DNA of 64,000 nucleotides from a virus. Made by a program: the position numbers and the translations under genes. This document shows positions 29,810 through 39,281 of the stretch, one piece after another (position 1 is the stretch's first letter; every line of letters begins with the position of its first letter). The notes beneath the pieces are model-generated. The model worked only from the letters and a program-made list of their open reading frames with translations. It made no database searches and had not been told where the DNA came from. The DNA is taken from the IMG/VR virus record IMGVR_UViG_3300035137_000073, positions 3,918 through 67,917 of that record; one strand, 5' to 3'.

Positions 29810-30016
29810 ATGGGAGAACTGAAACCTGGCGACGTGGTGGCCATCAAGAAAGCAGGCAGGTGGTGGGGAGAAGTGGTGCTGCCGCCGTCGCAGTGGTGCG
29901 CCTCGTACATGGTTGTAGTGGGCTTGTCCGGTAATGATGGGTGGCTCGCCACCACGGCCACGTATACCTACAAACGCGAGGACCTCGAGCCCGTGGGCGT
30001 CAACGTCCGTGACTGA
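29810..30016 (+). CDS. Hypothetical protein (repeat-flanked cassette)
   Basis: GAGGTG RBS; flanking direct repeats. Confidence 0.55.
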   Translation: MGELKPGDVVAIKKAGRWWGEVVLPPSQWCASYMVVVGLSGNDGWLATTATYTYKREDLEPVGVNVRD

Positions 30017-30170
30017 CTACCCCTACCGCTGGCACTGGCGCACGAAGCTGCCGGACCGCCACGGTCAACGATGCCGGATCATCGCGCGCGGCCGGCTCAA
30101 CTCCGTGATGGTGGAGTTCGAGGACGGCTACCGCGTGGTGACCAGCCGATTCGCCGTGAGGAAAGTATGA
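30009..30170 (+). CDS. Small SH3-like hypothetical protein
   Basis: RHGQRCRIIARGRLNSVMVEFEDGYRVVTSR. Confidence 0.6.
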   Translation: MTDYPYRWHWRTKLPDRHGQRCRIIARGRLNSVMVEFEDGYRVVTSRFAVRKV

Positions 30171-30189
30171 AGACAATCCGACAGGGGGA

Positions 30190-30441
30190 ATGGTGATGAA
30201 GAAGCTACCGAGTAACCCACCAATTGAAGCGGCGGCCAGCGTGTTGCGCTCTGGATACATAGCGGAGGTGACAGCAATGGAGGTTGTTTTGATGTGGATC
30301 AAGTCATTATCCGATGCTGATTGTATGTCACTCGATGCCGACGTAAAGCGCCACATGGCCTACGCAGAGCCGCCATCCGCAGTGCCCGAGGCTATCAGGA
30401 GTGCGTTAAGTAGGCGTGTAACCGAGCCGTGGACCGACTAG
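30190..30441 (+). CDS. Hypothetical protein
   Basis: ORF with purine-rich RBS. Confidence 0.45.
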   Translation: MVMKKLPSNPPIEAAASVLRSGYIAEVTAMEVVLMWIKSLSDADCMSLDADVKRHMAYAEPPSAVPEAIRSALSRRVTEPWTD

Positions 30442-30450
30442 GAGGAGAAT

Positions 30451-30792
30451 ATGAAACGAGGATCCCTTTGGCTCGATTGGGTTGAACTTGGATGCCGAGA
30501 ATGGGACCTTGAACCCGAGGGCGCTGGCATGGACTGCGATTGGCAGGAAGGCCCTGGCTTTCGCTGCCACGAGGGCGACTACGCGCATCTTGACAGGCAG
30601 TCGCTTGAACTTCTCATCGCGGGTTGCCCGGCGTTTGTGGAGCGCGTTTTTCGCGATTTGACAGCGGCGGGTTTGTATCGTCAAGGCGTGATGGGGAATC
30701 CGTGGGTGCTGAAAACTTGTCGGTATTCTGAACTGCCCGAAACGTTTACTGCTGGATGTGACACAGAATCGCTAACTATGCCCGCTCCGTGA
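30451..30792 (+). CDS. Hypothetical protein
   Basis: AGGAGGAG RBS. Confidence 0.55.
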   Translation: MKRGSLWLDWVELGCREWDLEPEGAGMDCDWQEGPGFRCHEGDYAHLDRQSLELLIAGCPAFVERVFRDLTAAGLYRQGVMGNPWVLKTCRYSELPETFTAGCDTESLTMPAP

Positions 30793-30799
30793 GGAGAAT

Positions 30800-31213
30800 A
30801 TGAGTTATCCATGTCCAATTTGTGGTCAATGCCACGACACAACGGCGTGTCCGCCGCCACCGCTGAGGTCGCTTCCAGACTTTGGTTCTGTAAGCGTGAA
30901 CAACACTCCTCTTGAGTTGCTTGGTGTTGTCGATGCGCTGAATGCGCTGACCGCCGAAATACGAGCGCTCCGTCAACAACTACCCATAACACAGGACGCG
31001 GAGGACGATCAGCCGTTACTTATCGACACTCTGCCTGAGACCATGCTGGCAAGGACTATTGTCGACTCGCTGAATGTTGAGTTGCACCCAGAACAAGATG
31101 CGTGCGGTGATCTAGGAGTGTCATACACAATAGCGGTCGATGTTCCAGCGTTCCTCGCTTCGCTCGGCAAACTTGTTGTTCAGCGTGCGCCCACTAACGC
31201 AGAAACCGACTAG
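30800..31213 (+). CDS. Hypothetical protein (N-terminal Zn knuckle)
   Basis: GAGGAG RBS; CPICGQCHDTTAC. Confidence 0.55.
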   Translation: MSYPCPICGQCHDTTACPPPPLRSLPDFGSVSVNNTPLELLGVVDALNALTAEIRALRQQLPITQDAEDDQPLLIDTLPETMLARTIVDSLNVELHPEQDACGDLGVSYTIAVDVPAFLASLGKLVVQRAPTNAETD

Positions 31214-31267
31214 ATTGCATACGTGTCGTGCGGTGGGTCCCCAGCCTGCCGGGGTGCCATGACACGA

Positions 31268-31300
31268 AACCCCGCGCTTGGATAGGCGGGGTTGTTTTTT
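31268..31300 (+). terminator. Rho-independent terminator ending the rightward operon
   Basis: AACCCCGC-loop-GCGGGGTT then GTTTTTT at the convergence point. Confidence 0.75.
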
Positions 31301-31453
31301 GGCGACGACCTGCCTTTACCCTGTCATACCCAGGGGTTGAGCATTTTCCGTGCACTCTGGCAGGCTTACCGCGTGTGAGTTGTCGCCGGATAGGTCAGGT
31401 CCGGCCCCTGTCGAACGCACCACGATTCACACCCAAGCCAGTGGGTGAGTCGT

Positions 31454-31708
31454 CTACGACCACAGATTATGCTGATGACAGACCAAGTTGCGGGCACGCA
31501 GAGCTTGGATTTGGTGTTTCGCATCAATCTGGACATCTCGTTGAGTCTCCGTTGAGAGTGCGTCAACGGTGGCGAACGATGTCCGAACGCCATTGTACGC
31601 GACTACTTGGCACGTACCCCAATCTACCGAATCAGCGCCAGGACCGCAAATAGCCCGGCGACGCCCCACCCGGCGTATCCCGCCCAACCGATTGACGGTC
31701 GCCCTCAC
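31454..31708 (-). CDS. Hypothetical protein
   Basis: GTGA overlap with the upstream minus-strand gene. Confidence 0.35.
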   Translation of the reverse strand: MRATVNRLGGIRRVGRRRAICGPGADSVDWGTCQVVAYNGVRTSFATVDALSTETQRDVQIDAKHQIQALRARNLVCHQHNLWS

Positions 31709-31950
31709 GGGTCGTTTTTCATTCCGGAATGAGATTTGGCGCGCTCGTCTTGGCGGATCTTGTCCCAGTCGAGCGCGATGGTTGATTGAGTGGGCCGCTT
31801 CCAATGTCCTTGAATTCCGAGCCAAACAAACAGGGATGGAACAGCCCAGAGGATGGTGAGGATCAGCACTGCGAAGAGGCCGCCAGCAATCGACCACGCG
31901 ATGTCCCCGAAGAGCCGGAGCGCGTCGGCTTCATGCGGTTGGAGTTGCAT
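31705..31950 (-). CDS. Single-TM hypothetical protein; contains palindrome copy 2
   Basis: Long hydrophobic helix; overlap-coupled. Confidence 0.55.
   Translation of the reverse strand: MQLQPHEADALRLFGDIAWSIAGGLFAVLILTILWAVPSLFVWLGIQGHWKRPTQSTIALDWDKIRQDERAKSHSGMKNDP
31717..31734. repeat. Palindrome copy 2 (1 mismatch)
   Basis: TTTCATTCCGGAATGAGA; flanks match copies 1 and 4 on the minus strand. Confidence 0.85.
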
Positions 31951-32407
31951 CGCGTTTTCCCATCTTGGCTTTGAGTGCAGCGAGCGCAGCGCGGCAGACC
32001 GCAAGCTCGCGAGTGTCAGCGCAGGCCACGGTGGTTGGGTTGTGGAGAATCCCGACAACGCACGCATATCGCTGCTCAACCGCGGCTATGGTTTCGACGG
32101 GAAATGCCGCGGCGCGGCCGATAGTCACATAGAATTGGTAGTAAGATTCCAGCCGATCCATCACCTCCATCATTGCGGTGCTGTGTGTGCTTACGGCAGG
32201 GTAGACCGGTTCTCCCTCGCCTGTTGTCATGAACCTGTCGTACGGCCTCTGCCGTTCAGATGTGAACTGCTCGCCAACTGGGTGTCCTGGACTGGCTTCA
32301 ACTACCGTATGTCTGTATATGTCTGGTACTGGACCGATTCCCACGACCTTGCATACCAGTTCGTCTAGCTCCGGGCCTGCCGGCATGGTGTCTATGTCGA
32401 TGGTCAT
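31931..32407 (-). CDS. Phage ABA-sandwich-like protein
   Basis: MPAGPELDELV...P.VST....MEV...T.ELAVCRAAL. Confidence 0.65.
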   Translation of the reverse strand: MTIDIDTMPAGPELDELVCKVVGIGPVPDIYRHTVVEASPGHPVGEQFTSERQRPYDRFMTTGEGEPVYPAVSTHSTAMMEVMDRLESYYQFYVTIGRAAAFPVETIAAVEQRYACVVGILHNPTTVACADTRELAVCRAALAALKAKMGKRDATPTA

Positions 32408-32736
32408 TTAGGCACTCCCAAGATGTCTTGAAGATCCGATACGGCTTCGGGTGGAAGGTGGTCGCGATACTGGCCCAACCACATGCGCACGTTTAAGTTG
32501 CGGTCGTCCTCTTCTTCGTCGCCGCCGAACAGCTGCACTACGCCCGATTCGTAGATTGCGCGCTTGAGCAGAAACGTGGTGCACTTATGGAATCCAGAGC
32601 CATCAGTAGCAACAAGCGTTTCATGGGTGGCGTGTGCGACTTCCCAGCCATCCTGACCGAACTTGTTCAGGTCGTCCAACATGTGGGGTATATGATCTGT
32701 TGGAACCGTTGCGGATTTGTATTCCCACTTCATCAT
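32404..32736 (-). CDS. DUF4177-like protein
   Basis: KWEYK...LNKFGQDGWEV...LKR. Confidence 0.65.
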   Translation of the reverse strand: MMKWEYKSATVPTDHIPHMLDDLNKFGQDGWEVAHATHETLVATDGSGFHKCTTFLLKRAIYESGVVQLFGGDEEEDDRNLNVRMWLGQYRDHLPPEAVSDLQDILGVPK

Positions 32737-33062
32737 GAGTTCTTCCTTTCCAAGGCGTCGATAATGCGGCGGTAGAATCCCGGATCAGCCTCAACTTGGA
32801 GATCGCCGACCTTAACACCAGAGAAGTTGCGCTTGGTGGGCAGGCCCAATTCGTCGCCTAGATCGGCTACCACTGGTTCGCTTTTGGCCCACGTCCCTAT
32901 CGTCCGGCGAGTGTGGTCGCGACAGGCTTTGATGCAGTCGGGACAGAAGTGGGGGTGCCAATGCTCCACTTCGATATCAGAGCCAGTTTGTGTAGTGCTC
33001 TGCAGGTACTGAGCATACCTATGGCCAGCATCGCACATTTCAATGCGGAATATCTCGGTCAT
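32733..33062 (-). CDS. Hypothetical protein
   Basis: ATGA-coupled; Cys motifs. Confidence 0.55.
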   Translation of the reverse strand: MTEIFRIEMCDAGHRYAQYLQSTTQTGSDIEVEHWHPHFCPDCIKACRDHTRRTIGTWAKSEPVVADLGDELGLPTKRNFSGVKVGDLQVEADPGFYRRIIDALERKNS

Positions 33063-33301
33063 GGAGATCCCTCGCTTTCTCCGGCCCACATCTGAATATG
33101 CATTACTACGGCCTGTTTCGGTGCGTTTCTGCCCTGCAGCCAGTTGTTGACGCTTTCGGGCGTGTATCCGAGGCGTTTGGCGAGCTCTTGCTGAGTGATG
33201 CCGGGCCCTGCTTTGGGCCCGGTCCGGTGTTTGCGCGCCTCGAGTTCGTTCTTGTTGGGCGGTATGCGGTCGAGCGCTTCGCGTAGTTCGTCGGGATTCA
33301 T
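33059..33301 (-). CDS. XRE-family HTH regulator
   Basis: ITQQELAKRLGYTPESVNNWLQG. Confidence 0.85.
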   Translation of the reverse strand: MNPDELREALDRIPPNKNELEARKHRTGPKAGPGITQQELAKRLGYTPESVNNWLQGRNAPKQAVVMHIQMWAGESEGSP

Positions 33302-33306
33302 GGCAA

Positions 33307-33621
33307 TCAGTACCTCAGCGCGGCTTGGATACCGCGGTTGACCGTCTCGCTGATGTCGGCTCCGACAAACAGATACTTGCGGAGAAAACCTTCGGCGCCG
33401 TGCCTCCGGATAGACTCACCGAAGAGCGCCAGGAAGAAACTCGAGGAGATCGAGAACGTGTCGTCGGGTACGCACACGACAACGGGGTCGTCGGTTCGGT
33501 CGAGTTGGTTGAGTTTGGCGTCGCGTCTGACGAGCGTTCCGCGATCGCGGCCGGCAAAGACCCGGACTCCGGGCGAGCGGAAATCGTCTAGGTCTATTAC
33601 TGCGGTGTCGGTGATTTGCAT
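33307..33621 (-). CDS. STAS-like (DUF4325-type) protein
   Basis: FAGRDRG..VR...ISSSFF..LFG pattern. Confidence 0.6.
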   Translation of the reverse strand: MQITDTAVIDLDDFRSPGVRVFAGRDRGTLVRRDAKLNQLDRTDDPVVVCVPDDTFSISSSFFLALFGESIRRHGAEGFLRKYLFVGADISETVNRGIQAALRY

Positions 33622-33681
33622 TGTCTAACGCCTCGATTCTTCGTAGATTTCAGTCTCAAGCGCGGTTTGCCGCGCAACCTC

Positions 33682-34128
33682 TTAGGAGGTTCGGTCTAGG
33701 CCCGTCTCACTCGGAGGCGGGCCGTTCCGTTTGGTGGTCATTGTGGCAATGTGGCGTCTGACACAAAGGGGGTGCCAGCCCTTCGATCGCGTCCACTCCT
33801 TTGGCGTGCCTTTGCCGTACGTCGCATCGTTCCACTGGTACTGCCATACACCGCCCCGTTCGTCGATGGCGAACAGCTCGGCCTTCTCTTCATAGCCACC
33901 ACCGTACGTGGCCTGCACGAACTTGGGACGGACGAGAATGTCCTTGAGGGTGCGCATTAGCTCGCCGATCATCTCCAGGGCGTCGCCGACGTCGGTTTCC
34001 TCACGCTCAACACAGGACGCATACCAAGCGTTTATGTGGTCCATCAGCATCCAGGGATCGACGGGCGGTTCCTCAAGCGGTGCAAATCCGTGTATCTCCA
34101 GTTTTTCTGGCATCTGCGTTTCCTCCAT
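33682..34128 (-). CDS. Hypothetical protein
   Basis: GGAGG RBS before MEETQ. Confidence 0.55.
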   Translation of the reverse strand: MEETQMPEKLEIHGFAPLEEPPVDPWMLMDHINAWYASCVEREETDVGDALEMIGELMRTLKDILVRPKFVQATYGGGYEEKAELFAIDERGGVWQYQWNDATYGKGTPKEWTRSKGWHPLCVRRHIATMTTKRNGPPPSETGLDRTS

Positions 34129-34192
34129 GGTTTTCCTCCGTGGGTTCGGTCCAAAGCCTAGCCGGGGCATTGCAGCCCCGGGCGACTGGGGG

Positions 34193-34702
34193 CTAGGCGG
34201 TTGCTGCGGCGCGTTCGGGCTCGGGTAGTAGGTGCCACAGCGTTGCCGTGCGGTCCTCGCCAAGCGTTCGGATGATGGCGTAGGGGTGGGCGTAGCCTCC
34301 GCCTGCTCTGCGTGGCCAGTCGGGTTCATTGCGTGCAATGTTCTCCGGAGTCAGGAACGGCGCGAGCTCGGGGTGTTTCTTGATCGCCTCGGCCGCAATG
34401 CGGGCTGTGAATTGGTCGGAGTATTCCCGGTCTACGATGACGCCCTGTAGGCCGTAGCATCCCTCGGGCAACTCGTGGCCGGTACGGTGGTAGCTGTCGT
34501 CCATGCCGTCGAACTGGCTTGACTGGAAGCTGTAGCAGGCTGCTTCGACGTTCGCCTGGCTCGGCCCGTCGGTGTAACTGACGCCCGCCCAGCCGTAGGC
34601 TGTGCCGCGGTGCCGGCGCACGCTGAACTTGATGGCCGGCCATCGCTTTTTGAGTTCGCGCCGGAGGTGCGGGAGTATATCGGATGCGTCGCGCTTAGGC
34701 AT
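34193..34702 (-). CDS. LPD29-like (large polyvalent protein-associated domain) protein
   Basis: LRRELKKRWP.IKFSVR...VSYTDGP...V......FDGMDD. Confidence 0.7.
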   Translation of the reverse strand: MPKRDASDILPHLRRELKKRWPAIKFSVRRHRGTAYGWAGVSYTDGPSQANVEAACYSFQSSQFDGMDDSYHRTGHELPEGCYGLQGVIVDREYSDQFTARIAAEAIKKHPELAPFLTPENIARNEPDWPRRAGGGYAHPYAIIRTLGEDRTATLWHLLPEPERAAATA

Positions 34703-35135
34703 GCTGCACCTCCCGGCTTTCGTCCTTCGCCAGGTCGCCGCGCAGGATTGCAACAACGTCGAACGCGCCGCTGTCGTTCGTCGGGATTCGTTGCCCGTTG
34801 TCGATCCGGGCAAGAACGTCTATGGCTGCGTCGTCGAAGTGCCGACCGGGACAGACGCGCGCCAACTGGATTAGCGCCAGCGCTGCCCGGTGCGCCTTGA
34901 ACCAGTTCGCCCATTGCCGGGGTCGGTGTTCGTCCTCGTAGGGTCGGGGGGCAACTCCGGGCTGCGGTACGTGTTGGGTATCCGGTAGCGGTATCTCGCC
35001 GGCAAAGTAGCGGGCTTGGTAGTGTGGGCTAGTCCCGGTGATCTCGCACTCACTCCAGCGGCGAGATTCCTGGAAGCTTTCGAGCGTCGGGAACCGTGTG
35101 CTCTTGACCCAGAATATTCCTTGTGGTGTCTCCAT
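34695..35135 (-). CDS. Hypothetical protein
   Basis: RBS present; overlaps the next gene. Confidence 0.55.
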   Translation of the reverse strand: METPQGIFWVKSTRFPTLESFQESRRWSECEITGTSPHYQARYFAGEIPLPDTQHVPQPGVAPRPYEDEHRPRQWANWFKAHRAALALIQLARVCPGRHFDDAAIDVLARIDNGQRIPTNDSGAFDVVAILRGDLAKDESREVQHA

Positions 35136-35169
35136 CTCAGCATCCCTCTCGGTTAGTGGTTCGGTCTGT

Positions 35170-35222
35170 CCTGCAAGGCGCAGCCGGGAGTCGAACCCGG
35201 CCGACTGTTAAACGCCGCTGCC
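35170..35222 (-). ncRNA. tRNA-like fragment (T-arm plus acceptor-like helix)
   Basis: Minus strand GCCGGG-TTCGACT-CCCGGC in an intergenic gap; no D arm or anticodon arm. Confidence 0.3.
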
Positions 35223-35614
35223 TAGCGGTTGGTGTTTTCAAGTATTGGGTTACTGCCTTGGTGATTCGGGCATTCGTCCAGCGGTCGAAGGTGGCACATG
35301 CAATGGGCTTTGCCGGTTTCGGCTTCAAGCCGTAGCGTTCTCGCGCAGCGGCGGTATGTGCGAGCGTTTACGTCGCCTACCGAATGGCCTGGCTGTGACA
35401 GGTCTACGCCCTGCTCGCGATCCCATGCGGCCATACGCTCTGCTGACTCCGCTTCGCGTTCCCAATGTTCGGCGCTCGCCATCAACTGCTTGGCTTCGGT
35501 TGTCAACTCGTCGGCCTCGGGTAGCTGTGCGTTCAGTGCGTCAAGTTGCGCCATTGCTTCAGGGTTGAACGTTTGCCGTGCCGGCTCGTCGTATTTGCTA
35601 GGATCTTCGTTCAT
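35222..35614 (-). CDS. Hypothetical protein
   Basis: GGAGA RBS; C-terminal CMCH...C. Confidence 0.55.
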   Translation of the reverse strand: MNEDPSKYDEPARQTFNPEAMAQLDALNAQLPEADELTTEAKQLMASAEHWEREAESAERMAAWDREQGVDLSQPGHSVGDVNARTYRRCARTLRLEAETGKAHCMCHLRPLDECPNHQGSNPILENTNR

Positions 35615-35644
35615 GTGCTGTCTCCGGTTCAGGTTCGGTCTATT

Positions 35645-35662
35645 TCTCATTCCGGAATGAGA
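35645..35662. repeat. Palindrome copy 3 (perfect), upstream of the 35614 gene
   Basis: TCTCATTCCGGAATGAGA. Confidence 0.9.
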
Positions 35663-35766
35663 TTCCGGCCGAGGTCGATATCACCGCCCGGGTCGCGGCT
35701 GCGGAGCTCGCTCAAAACGTCATGAAAGCGCGACAGCGGCAACGTGGCGGTAGATAGTACGCATGG

Positions 35767-36684
35767 CTACTCGGCCTCAACTATGGTGTAGGTGGGGCGG
35801 GAGTGCTCGCCGTGCTGTAGGTAGTACGTCTCGGCGCCCTGCTCGTCGATCCAGTCCTGAGCCTCGGCGTAGGTCGCATACTCGCGGATGTCGTGGCTGT
35901 CGTCGCGGGCAAAATCGTCACGGGGCGCACCGGCCGTGCCAGGATAGTACTGAGGCTCTGCCCAGATACGGCATGGGCCGTCGTGGGTCACGATCTCGAT
36001 GTACAACGAGTCATCGTCCCATATCGCCGCCTCAGTCTCTCTCAGCGAGCGGATGCAATCCTCGGCCTCGTCCATGGTCGCGCATGTCGCGGTGTCGGCG
36101 TCACATCCAGGATACTCCGAGGTCCCGTCCGGCATGCGGACGCGCACGACGTATTGACGTGCGACCGTCAGCGCCTCAAGGCCGTCTAGTCCCCACTCAG
36201 CGTACCACTCAGCCTGCGATATGCCAGCGTCATATGGCGTATCCCACCGGCCCAGCTGAGTGTAGATCGTGTGCGAGGGGGGCTCACAAGACACGGACAC
36301 CGGCCCACTCTCGGCATCTACGTCGATCCACAGACTACCACCTGACGGTATGGCGTAGCGGTAGATCTTGTAGTGCGGGTGCGACCATGACTCAGTAGCT
36401 GTCTCGTCGCTCGGCAGCTCGGCGTACTCCTCGATGATCTCGCGGTACACCTCGCCGATGTCCAGCGCCTCAACCTGCGCGTCAGTGTAGCCGTGCTCGC
36501 GCAGGTCGGCCTCGGCAGTATATGCTCCGGTGATATAGCCCGTAGGTCCGTCGGCCGTGTCTATCACCTCAGTAGCGGCGCCCTGATCAGACACGTAGTG
36601 AGCCACGGCGATCATACGGATGATATCCTGCGGTACGGTGGGGGCTGCGGGCGTAGCCCGCTCATTGGTGGGTAGGTCTGACAT
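35767..36684 (-). CDS. Acidic hypothetical protein, first gene of the leftward operon
   Basis: 305 aa, AGGAG RBS. Confidence 0.65.
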   Translation of the reverse strand: MSDLPTNERATPAAPTVPQDIIRMIAVAHYVSDQGAATEVIDTADGPTGYITGAYTAEADLREHGYTDAQVEALDIGEVYREIIEEYAELPSDETATESWSHPHYKIYRYAIPSGGSLWIDVDAESGPVSVSCEPPSHTIYTQLGRWDTPYDAGISQAEWYAEWGLDGLEALTVARQYVVRVRMPDGTSEYPGCDADTATCATMDEAEDCIRSLRETEAAIWDDDSLYIEIVTHDGPCRIWAEPQYYPGTAGAPRDDFARDDSHDIREYATYAEAQDWIDEQGAETYYLQHGEHSRPTYTIVEAE

Positions 36685-36884
36685 GTCGGTCTCCTGTTAG
36701 GTGGTTCGGTCGTCTCAGTACACCCCCATACGGACAACAGCCGCAAAAGTTTCAACCGTTACCATATTGGCAGACCACACGCCAAATTGACAGACACTCT
36801 TCCCCAACTCCCCAAATCGCCCTAAATTGATCCATATAAGACATAGACAGTCTCTATATCCCGCACAAAGCCGGATACACGACC

Positions 36885-37571
36885 ATGACAACCACCGATA
36901 CAGCTGAGCAAATACCCACCCCGGCATCAAGGGCGCTCGAAAGAAAAAAAAAGGACGAGGATGCCCAACTTAAGAAACTGCAACGACTTGCAAGACGGAA
37001 AAAAGACTCCCCCTTTGGCCACATTGGGCACACCAAGAAACGAGCCTATGTCACCGCACTGGCTTTAACCGGTATGCACGGTCGAGCGTGCCGAGTCGCC
37101 GGGATCAGCAGAAACACCCCATACACGGATCAGTGGCGCGACGATCAGGAGCTACAGGAGGCCATCGGCCAGGCTGCCGGTATCGCTGCGGATATGATCG
37201 AGGAGGAGCTGTATCGCCGTGGCGTTGAAGGGGTTACGAAGCCGACAGGGTGGTATAAGGGCGTACCCGGTGGGTACATACAGGAGTACGACACGACGGC
37301 GGCAATCTTCCTGCTGAAGGGGCTACGGCCGGAGAGGTACGCGGATCGGCACGACGTGCGGTCGGTCTCGGTCCAGCACAAGATCGACTACGCGGCTCTG
37401 GCGCGGACTCCCGAGGGGCAGGCGATCATGGACAGGATCATCGCCGGCGAGCCTGCGCCTGTAGTCATCGCGACGGCCGGTGTACCGGTCCCGATGCTCG
37501 AGAGTGGACAGGACAAGGCAAGCGATGGTGTCGCGATGGTGTCGCCGGAAAACGGCGATTTAGAGGGCTAG
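36885..37571 (+). CDS. terS: Terminase small subunit
   Basis: HTH ACRVAGISRNTPY, D.IEEEL.RRGVEG, YDTTAAIFLLKG.RPERY. Confidence 0.8.
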   Translation: MTTTDTAEQIPTPASRALERKKKDEDAQLKKLQRLARRKKDSPFGHIGHTKKRAYVTALALTGMHGRACRVAGISRNTPYTDQWRDDQELQEAIGQAAGIAADMIEEELYRRGVEGVTKPTGWYKGVPGGYIQEYDTTAAIFLLKGLRPERYADRHDVRSVSVQHKIDYAALARTPEGQAIMDRIIAGEPAPVVIATAGVPVPMLESGQDKASDGVAMVSPENGDLEG

Positions 37572-38000
37572 CTTAACATAAGACCTCTTACGCGTAGTAC
37601 TTTTTGGCGTTTTTCCTAGGGATTCGGACTGGTGACAGTATTATCGGCCTGGGCGCTGCCGAATCGACAGTCTTGGTGTCATGAGTCGAGATCGGGCCGG
37701 CACTCGCCGCGGCACCGAGTCTCGAGGCCGATCGAGCCACCGACCCACCCAACCATCCGACCAACCCCCCAGGGGTATGTAGGACCCAGGCCCCCCAAGA
37801 TAGGTTCCCCGCGTTCATTCGTGCGCTGTTTTTGAGGAGTAGGCGGTAGAACTGCGGGTTTTGGTAGTGATTGCGCTTATGGGCCCCTTTTCTGGGGGTG
37901 ATTTGGGAAATTTTGGTGGGGGATTTTTTGCGGGATGGCGTGAAATAGCTGTTAGATGTTGCATCTAGCCCGGCCTAGTACTACATTTTGGTGAATTTGG

Positions 38001-38243
38001 GTGTTGAAACGGGAGTTGAGGATGGTACGAGGGGGTTCAGGGGGTGATTATGAGCGTTATCCGAACGCGGTTTTGGTGCGAGTGTGGCGTCGTTTTTTGG
38101 GGTTGGGGCAGCGAGACGCGTCGGAGCGATTGGGAGTGAGTCGATCGACGTTATGGCGTTGGGAGGAGCGTGGTAGTCGGCCTCCTCGTCGGGTTTGGCG
38201 TCGGATGTTGGAGGTATTGGTGGACCTATCGAAGGAAAGGTGA
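38001..38243 (+). CDS. XRE-family HTH protein
   Basis: LGQRDASERLGVSRSTLWRWE. Confidence 0.7.
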   Translation: MLKRELRMVRGGSGGDYERYPNAVLVRVWRRFLGLGQRDASERLGVSRSTLWRWEERGSRPPRRVWRRMLEVLVDLSKER

Positions 38244-38944
38244 GGTGGTTTGATGAGGTTGGGCCCTGTTATGGGAACCGCCTGAATAGGGGGTGTGACA
38301 TCGAGCCTTACTACGAGGAAGACGGGATCCAGATATTCCATGGGGATTGTAGGGAGGTGTTGCCGACACTTTCGCCAGTCGATCTAGTGTTGACAGATCC
38401 GCCGTACAGCACGGGGCGACCAGAGGGAGAGTTTGCAGCGAATGGTAATGTTGCCGTATCCCTTCACCTCGCAAGCCGGTTAGCGCCGACAATGGCTGTG
38501 TTTGGGACTGCAAGCGGTCGCGGGGTCGAGTTTTTACGTTCTACGATTCGTGAGTTGCCGCACAATCGAATGCTGGTGTGGCATCGCTCATACGTTAACT
38601 CACCGGCAGCTGGGCCATGGTGTTGGGATATTGTGATTATCCACGTTTTCGGTAAGGGATCATTCGGTAGACCAGAGGTGAGTTCGCTCATTCAAACCGA
38701 TGGCACGCGCAAGCTTGCCGAAGAGACCGGTCATAGGTCTCCGGTGTTTACGTCGGTAATGGAGCATTTATACGTGCCATTTGCGCCGGGTGTCGTGCTC
38801 GACCCGTTTATGGGCAGCGGTCCGACATTGTTGGCCGCGAAACGCCATGATGGCAAGGCCATCGGCATCGAGATCGAGGAGCGGTACTGCGAGATAGCCG
38901 CCCAGCGGTTGAGTCAACAGGTTTTGAACTTAGAGGGGGTGTGA
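38240..38944 (+). CDS. DNA amino-methyltransferase (N6A/N4C, beta class)
   Basis: HGDCREVL, TDPPY, VLDPFMGSG, GIEIEERYC. Start codon uncertain. Confidence 0.9.
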   Translation: MRWFDEVGPCYGNRLNRGCDIEPYYEEDGIQIFHGDCREVLPTLSPVDLVLTDPPYSTGRPEGEFAANGNVAVSLHLASRLAPTMAVFGTASGRGVEFLRSTIRELPHNRMLVWHRSYVNSPAAGPWCWDIVIIHVFGKGSFGRPEVSSLIQTDGTRKLAEETGHRSPVFTSVMEHLYVPFAPGVVLDPFMGSGPTLLAAKRHDGKAIGIEIEERYCEIAAQRLSQQVLNLEGV

Positions 38945-38981
38945 CAATGCCGGTATCGCTTTCGAAAGGTGTGGTGTAGGA

Positions 38982-39281
38982 ATGACGGATCCGTGTATTA
39001 ACGACGTACCGCAAGGTCCTGGAGATCCGAGTCGAGCGACTTTGGCTGGAGCGACGATGACGGCAGAGGGTTTGAAGAATGGCCTATCTGACCTAGTGAA
39101 ACGGCTGAAGGTATGTAACGACAGTCTCTTTGGTCTCGACCCCACGGTTCCCGAGGTAACTGATGTGCCGCGTCTTGAGCAGGGTGCGTTTGCCTCGCGG
39201 CTGGAACAACTCAACGAAGATCTTGCCGAAGTGCAGTCTTATTTGGAACGCGAGGTGAGTCGTTTGGAGAATGGGATTTGA
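38982..39281 (+). CDS. Hypothetical protein
   Basis: ORF in operon order. Confidence 0.55.
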   Translation: MTDPCINDVPQGPGDPSRATLAGATMTAEGLKNGLSDLVKRLKVCNDSLFGLDPTVPEVTDVPRLEQGAFASRLEQLNEDLAEVQSYLEREVSRLENGI

